From NCBI GenBank assembly GCA_033763455.1, contig JANRKO010000033.1, forward strand, positions 198,002 to 262,001: a stretch of DNA of 64,000 nucleotides, written 5' to 3'. A program made the position numbers and the translations under genes. The notes beneath the pieces were generated by a model. The model searched no databases and was not told the origin of the DNA. It saw only the letters and a list, made by a program, of their open reading frames with translations. Source of the DNA: Polyangiaceae bacterium (GTDB taxonomy: Bacteria > Myxococcota_A > Polyangia > Polyangiales > Polyangiaceae). Positions within the stretch are counted from its first letter, which is position 1, and every line of letters begins with the position of its first letter. Below, one piece after another: positions 61,402 to 64,000 of this stretch.

Positions 61402-61761
61402 GTGGCAAGGCGAAGAAAGATCAAGGATGAGGGCGAAGCAAAACGGTGCCTTTTGGCGGCCAGGCGTGGTGGGCAGGACGCGGCTGAGTGGGCTCGTTCC
61501 CACGGCATAGATGGGCGGTCGCTGAATGCGTGGCAGGTGAATTTAGAGCGGTGGGGGACGAGAGGTACGGCGCGCCCCCGTAAACGGCGTCCGGAGTCGC
61601 GAGCAAGAGCGCTGGTTGAGCTTGTTCCAAGGATGGGCAGCCGAAAGGCAGAGGCGGCAGGCCGATACGTGCTTGAGGTTGCTGGGGCGCGCGTGGAGTT
61701 TGGCGAGGAGGTCTCTGTGGCGACGTTGCGTAGGGTGCTTGAGGCTCTTCGCTCGTGCTGA
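61402..61761 (+). CDS. tnpA: IS66 TnpA
   Basis: AAEWARSHGI....LNAW helix-turn-helix and LRRVLEAL; position in the element. Confidence 0.85.
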   Translation: MARRRKIKDEGEAKRCLLAARRGGQDAAEWARSHGIDGRSLNAWQVNLERWGTRGTARPRKRRPESRARALVELVPRMGSRKAEAAGRYVLEVAGARVEFGEEVSVATLRRVLEALRSC

Positions 61762-62144
61762 GTTTGCCGCCGACGGTGCGGGTGTTTGTTGCGGTAGCGC
61801 CGCTCGACATGCGTGGCTCGTTCGACGCTTTGGCTGGCGCGGTGCGCGGGCTTGGGCTCGATCCGGTCGATGGCCATCTCTACCTCTTTCTCAACAAACG
61901 GAGGCGCCTAGCAAAGGCTTTGTGGTTCGATGGCTCGGGCTGGTGCGTGCTCGCGAAACGGCTGGAGGCTGGGAGTTTCCAGCTGCCGCCATTCGACGGT
62001 GACGAGCCGCAGGTGTCCATCGACGGCTCGATGTTCGCCTCTCTTTTGGCCGGTATCGACTACACGGCCGCACGGCGTGGGTGGTATCGGCGACCTCGGT
62101 TCGAAAAAACGCTGAAGAGGATCGACATGGATCGCCAAGTGTGA
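61755..62144 (+). CDS. tnpB: IS66 TnpB accessory protein
   Basis: PLDMRGSFDAL, LYLFLNKRR, K.LWFDGSG and KRLEAGSF. Confidence 0.93.
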   Translation: MLSLPPTVRVFVAVAPLDMRGSFDALAGAVRGLGLDPVDGHLYLFLNKRRRLAKALWFDGSGWCVLAKRLEAGSFQLPPFDGDEPQVSIDGSMFASLLAGIDYTAARRGWYRRPRFEKTLKRIDMDRQV

Positions 62145-62151
62145 TCTTTAC

Positions 62152-63660
62152 TTGTCAGTGGACGAGCTCGAAGCGTTGCGAAAGGAGAATGCGGCGCTGC
62201 GGCATCAGATTTCGCAACTTGTGGTCGCGCTCGCACGACTCAATGAGCGTGTCTCTGAGCTGCTCGCGGTAGCCCAGCGCAAACAGCGGAGGCCTCCCGC
62301 TCTGTCGGAGAAGCCGCCCGCGCCACCGCCCACCGTGGAGGATGAGGCACGGCGCGCCTTCGACGAGCGCCCGAAAGCCCCCGAGAAGCCCCCTCAGGAG
62401 AAGTTGCCAAAGCAGAAGTCGAAGCCCACGGGGCGCAAACCCATCCCCCAGCACCTCGAAGCCGAGGAGCACGAGTTGCGGCCCAATGCCTGCTCGGCGT
62501 GTCACGCAACGGACTTGGACGTCGTTGACGAGCTCATCGAAGAGAAGCTTCACGTCGTCAAGGAGCACCAGCGTCGTCGAGTGGTGCGGCGGTACACCTG
62601 TCGGTGCCGCTCATGCGGCGGGCGTACGACGCTTCGCTCGCTGCCTGCTCCCTACGAGCGCTCTAAGGTGACTTGCGAGTGGCTTGGGTGGCTCGTTTAT
62701 CAGAAATTCTGGCTGCTTACACCGCTCGACCGCATCCGTCGCGATCTGGCTCAGCGAGGTGTGCCCATCGCGATGAGTACGCTCGTGACCCTCATCGAGC
62801 GCGCGGCGGACTTGCTTGCGAGCATCGACGGTTTGCATTGGAAGCAGCTGCTAGCAAGCCCTTGGATGGCTACCGATGGGACCGGACTTAAAGTCATCGT
62901 GCCCAAACTCCCAGTCGCTCACAACGGCTACATTGAGCTCTATCGAAACAGCGATTGCGCTGTTTTTCAGTACGAAGCTGACAAGAGTGGCGAGGTCGTC
63001 CTTTCGAAGCTCCAGGCATTCCGTGGCACTCTCACCGCCGACGCTGAGCATCGATTCAACGCCGTCTTCGCTTCAGGGCTTGTGCTTGAAGCAGGGTGCA
63101 ACGCTCACGGTCGCAGAAAGTTCCGCGATGCCGAAGACACTCAGCCGGTGCTCGCTAAAGAGGGGGGCGCGTTCATCGGCGCCATGTACGGCGAAGAGGA
63201 AAAGGCGCAAAAGCTCGCCCTCATCGGTGACGCACTTCGCCAACATCGACAGCGATACATGCGCCCCATCGTGCGAGACTTTGAGTTCTGGCGCAACGCC
63301 GTAGAACCAACCCTTCTGCCTTCCGAGCCACTGGCGGTGGCGATTCGCTACTACAACAACCACAGCGATGCGCTCTTCCGCTTCATCGACGATCCGCTCG
63401 TACCCATCGACAATTCGCCAACCGAACGCGACTTCCAAAACGTCGCCAAGCTGCGCCTCAACATGCTCTTTGCGGGTAGTACCGAGGGCGCTCACCGCGC
63501 CTGCGTCCTCCTCGGTATTGTCGCCACCTGCCGCGCCCAAGGCGTGCCCGTCCAAGCTTATCTCACGTGGGCCTTTGAGCGCCTCGGTACTCACCGCGAC
63601 CTCTTTGCCCTCCCCCTCGAAGCCATGACACCCGCTGCCTTCAAGAAAACCCTCCCCTAA
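62152..63660 (+). CDS. tnpC: IS66 TnpC DDE transposase
   Basis: Coiled coil, CSAC/CRSC zinc finger, TDGT, GCNAHGRRKF and PIDNSPTER. Confidence 0.93.
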   Translation: MSVDELEALRKENAALRHQISQLVVALARLNERVSELLAVAQRKQRRPPALSEKPPAPPPTVEDEARRAFDERPKAPEKPPQEKLPKQKSKPTGRKPIPQHLEAEEHELRPNACSACHATDLDVVDELIEEKLHVVKEHQRRRVVRRYTCRCRSCGGRTTLRSLPAPYERSKVTCEWLGWLVYQKFWLLTPLDRIRRDLAQRGVPIAMSTLVTLIERAADLLASIDGLHWKQLLASPWMATDGTGLKVIVPKLPVAHNGYIELYRNSDCAVFQYEADKSGEVVLSKLQAFRGTLTADAEHRFNAVFASGLVLEAGCNAHGRRKFRDAEDTQPVLAKEGGAFIGAMYGEEEKAQKLALIGDALRQHRQRYMRPIVRDFEFWRNAVEPTLLPSEPLAVAIRYYNNHSDALFRFIDDPLVPIDNSPTERDFQNVAKLRLNMLFAGSTEGAHRACVLLGIVATCRAQGVPVQAYLTWAFERLGTHRDLFALPLEAMTPAAFKKTLP

Positions 63661-63712
63661 CTTCAACGCACGTTTCCATAACGTGCGCATCCCGGTGTCG
63701 CTGATGGGTCAC

Positions 63713-63883
63713 GCTTAGAAAGCGAGGACCCTGGCGATATCGCCGCACGCGTCGTTCACTGCCGCACAGGCAGCTTAGAAATTGCCGTCGCGGTTGGGCT
63801 CCTCGACCACCACGTTCACTGCCGCACAGGCAGCTTAGAAAACAGGGGCTCGGTAGCGGTGTCCAAGTCTCCCGTTCACTGCC
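63713..63883 (+). CRISPR. Type I-F CRISPR array, distal part: 3 spacers, 2 full repeats and a partial repeat
   Basis: Repeat tail GCTTAGAAA at 63713-63721, full repeats at 63754 and 63814, and only GTTCACTGCC at 63874-63883. Confidence 0.95.
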
Positions 63884-64000
63884 TGTTAGCGGGCACATAA
63901 AACGGCGCAAATGTGAGCGCGTCTAGTTGGGGTTCCGCTGTTTTGTGTGGGCGCGTTCCTTGGCTTCTTTGGCGCGATAGCTCTGGCCTTCGATGGGGAT

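Larger units (their letters stand above)
61328..63712 (+). mobile_element. IS66-family insertion sequence (2385 bp)
   Basis: 25-bp terminal IRs GTGACCCATCAGCGAC(G/A)CCGGGATG with one mismatch; 8-bp TSD GCTTAGAA at 61320-61327 and 63713-63720; tnpA-tnpB-tnpC. Confidence 0.97.

Noticed and set aside
61755..62144. 'TnpB' beside a CRISPR array as an RNA-guided nuclease
   Set aside because: It is the 129-aa IS66 accessory TnpB with no RuvC motifs, unrelated to IS200/IS605 TnpB or Cas12.
50529..63712. CRISPR-associated transposon (I-F3 CAST)
   Set aside because: Cas1 and Cas2/3 are intact, Cas8f and Cas5f are separate, and there is no tnsABC or tniQ; the IS66 is a passenger with its own TSD.
58866..63873. 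Self-targeting spacers within the window
   Set aside because: Only short chance-level matches were seen by eye (for example about 10 nt of spacer 25 against lon); this was not an exhaustive search.

Overview
A GC-rich bacterial chromosomal window, most likely from a myxobacterium (inferred from the Cys-rich lipoproteins, ferritin-like lipoprotein, DUF1592/DUF1552 pairs, Gly-rich linkers and sigma-54 promoters). The left 42 kb mixes housekeeping and accessory genes: argS, lon, a P450, a GH39 xylosidase, a methylated-sugar glycosylation cluster and two convergent DUF1592-DUF1552 operons. Several short gene scars are scattered through it (vapBC, M50 peptidase, SDR, grpB). From about 42.1 kb to the end lies a defence island: an Rpn nuclease with a probable nested small ORF, Uma2, two divergent VapBC modules, an AAA_14/DUF4143 ATPase, an AlbA_2 ATPase plus a decayed paralog, and a WYL regulator. 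It ends in a complete type I-F CRISPR-Cas operon and an array of 44 spacers. Main observations: (1) an unannotated N-terminal fragment of a stand-alone, I-E-like cas3 sits between the WYL gene and cas1, suggesting the I-F operon replaced an earlier type I system and kept its regulator; (2) an intact IS66 is inserted inside a CRISPR repeat with an 8-bp target duplication; (3) the last repeat breaks off into what may be the end of a second IS. All family assignments come from motif recognition by eye; no database search was run.
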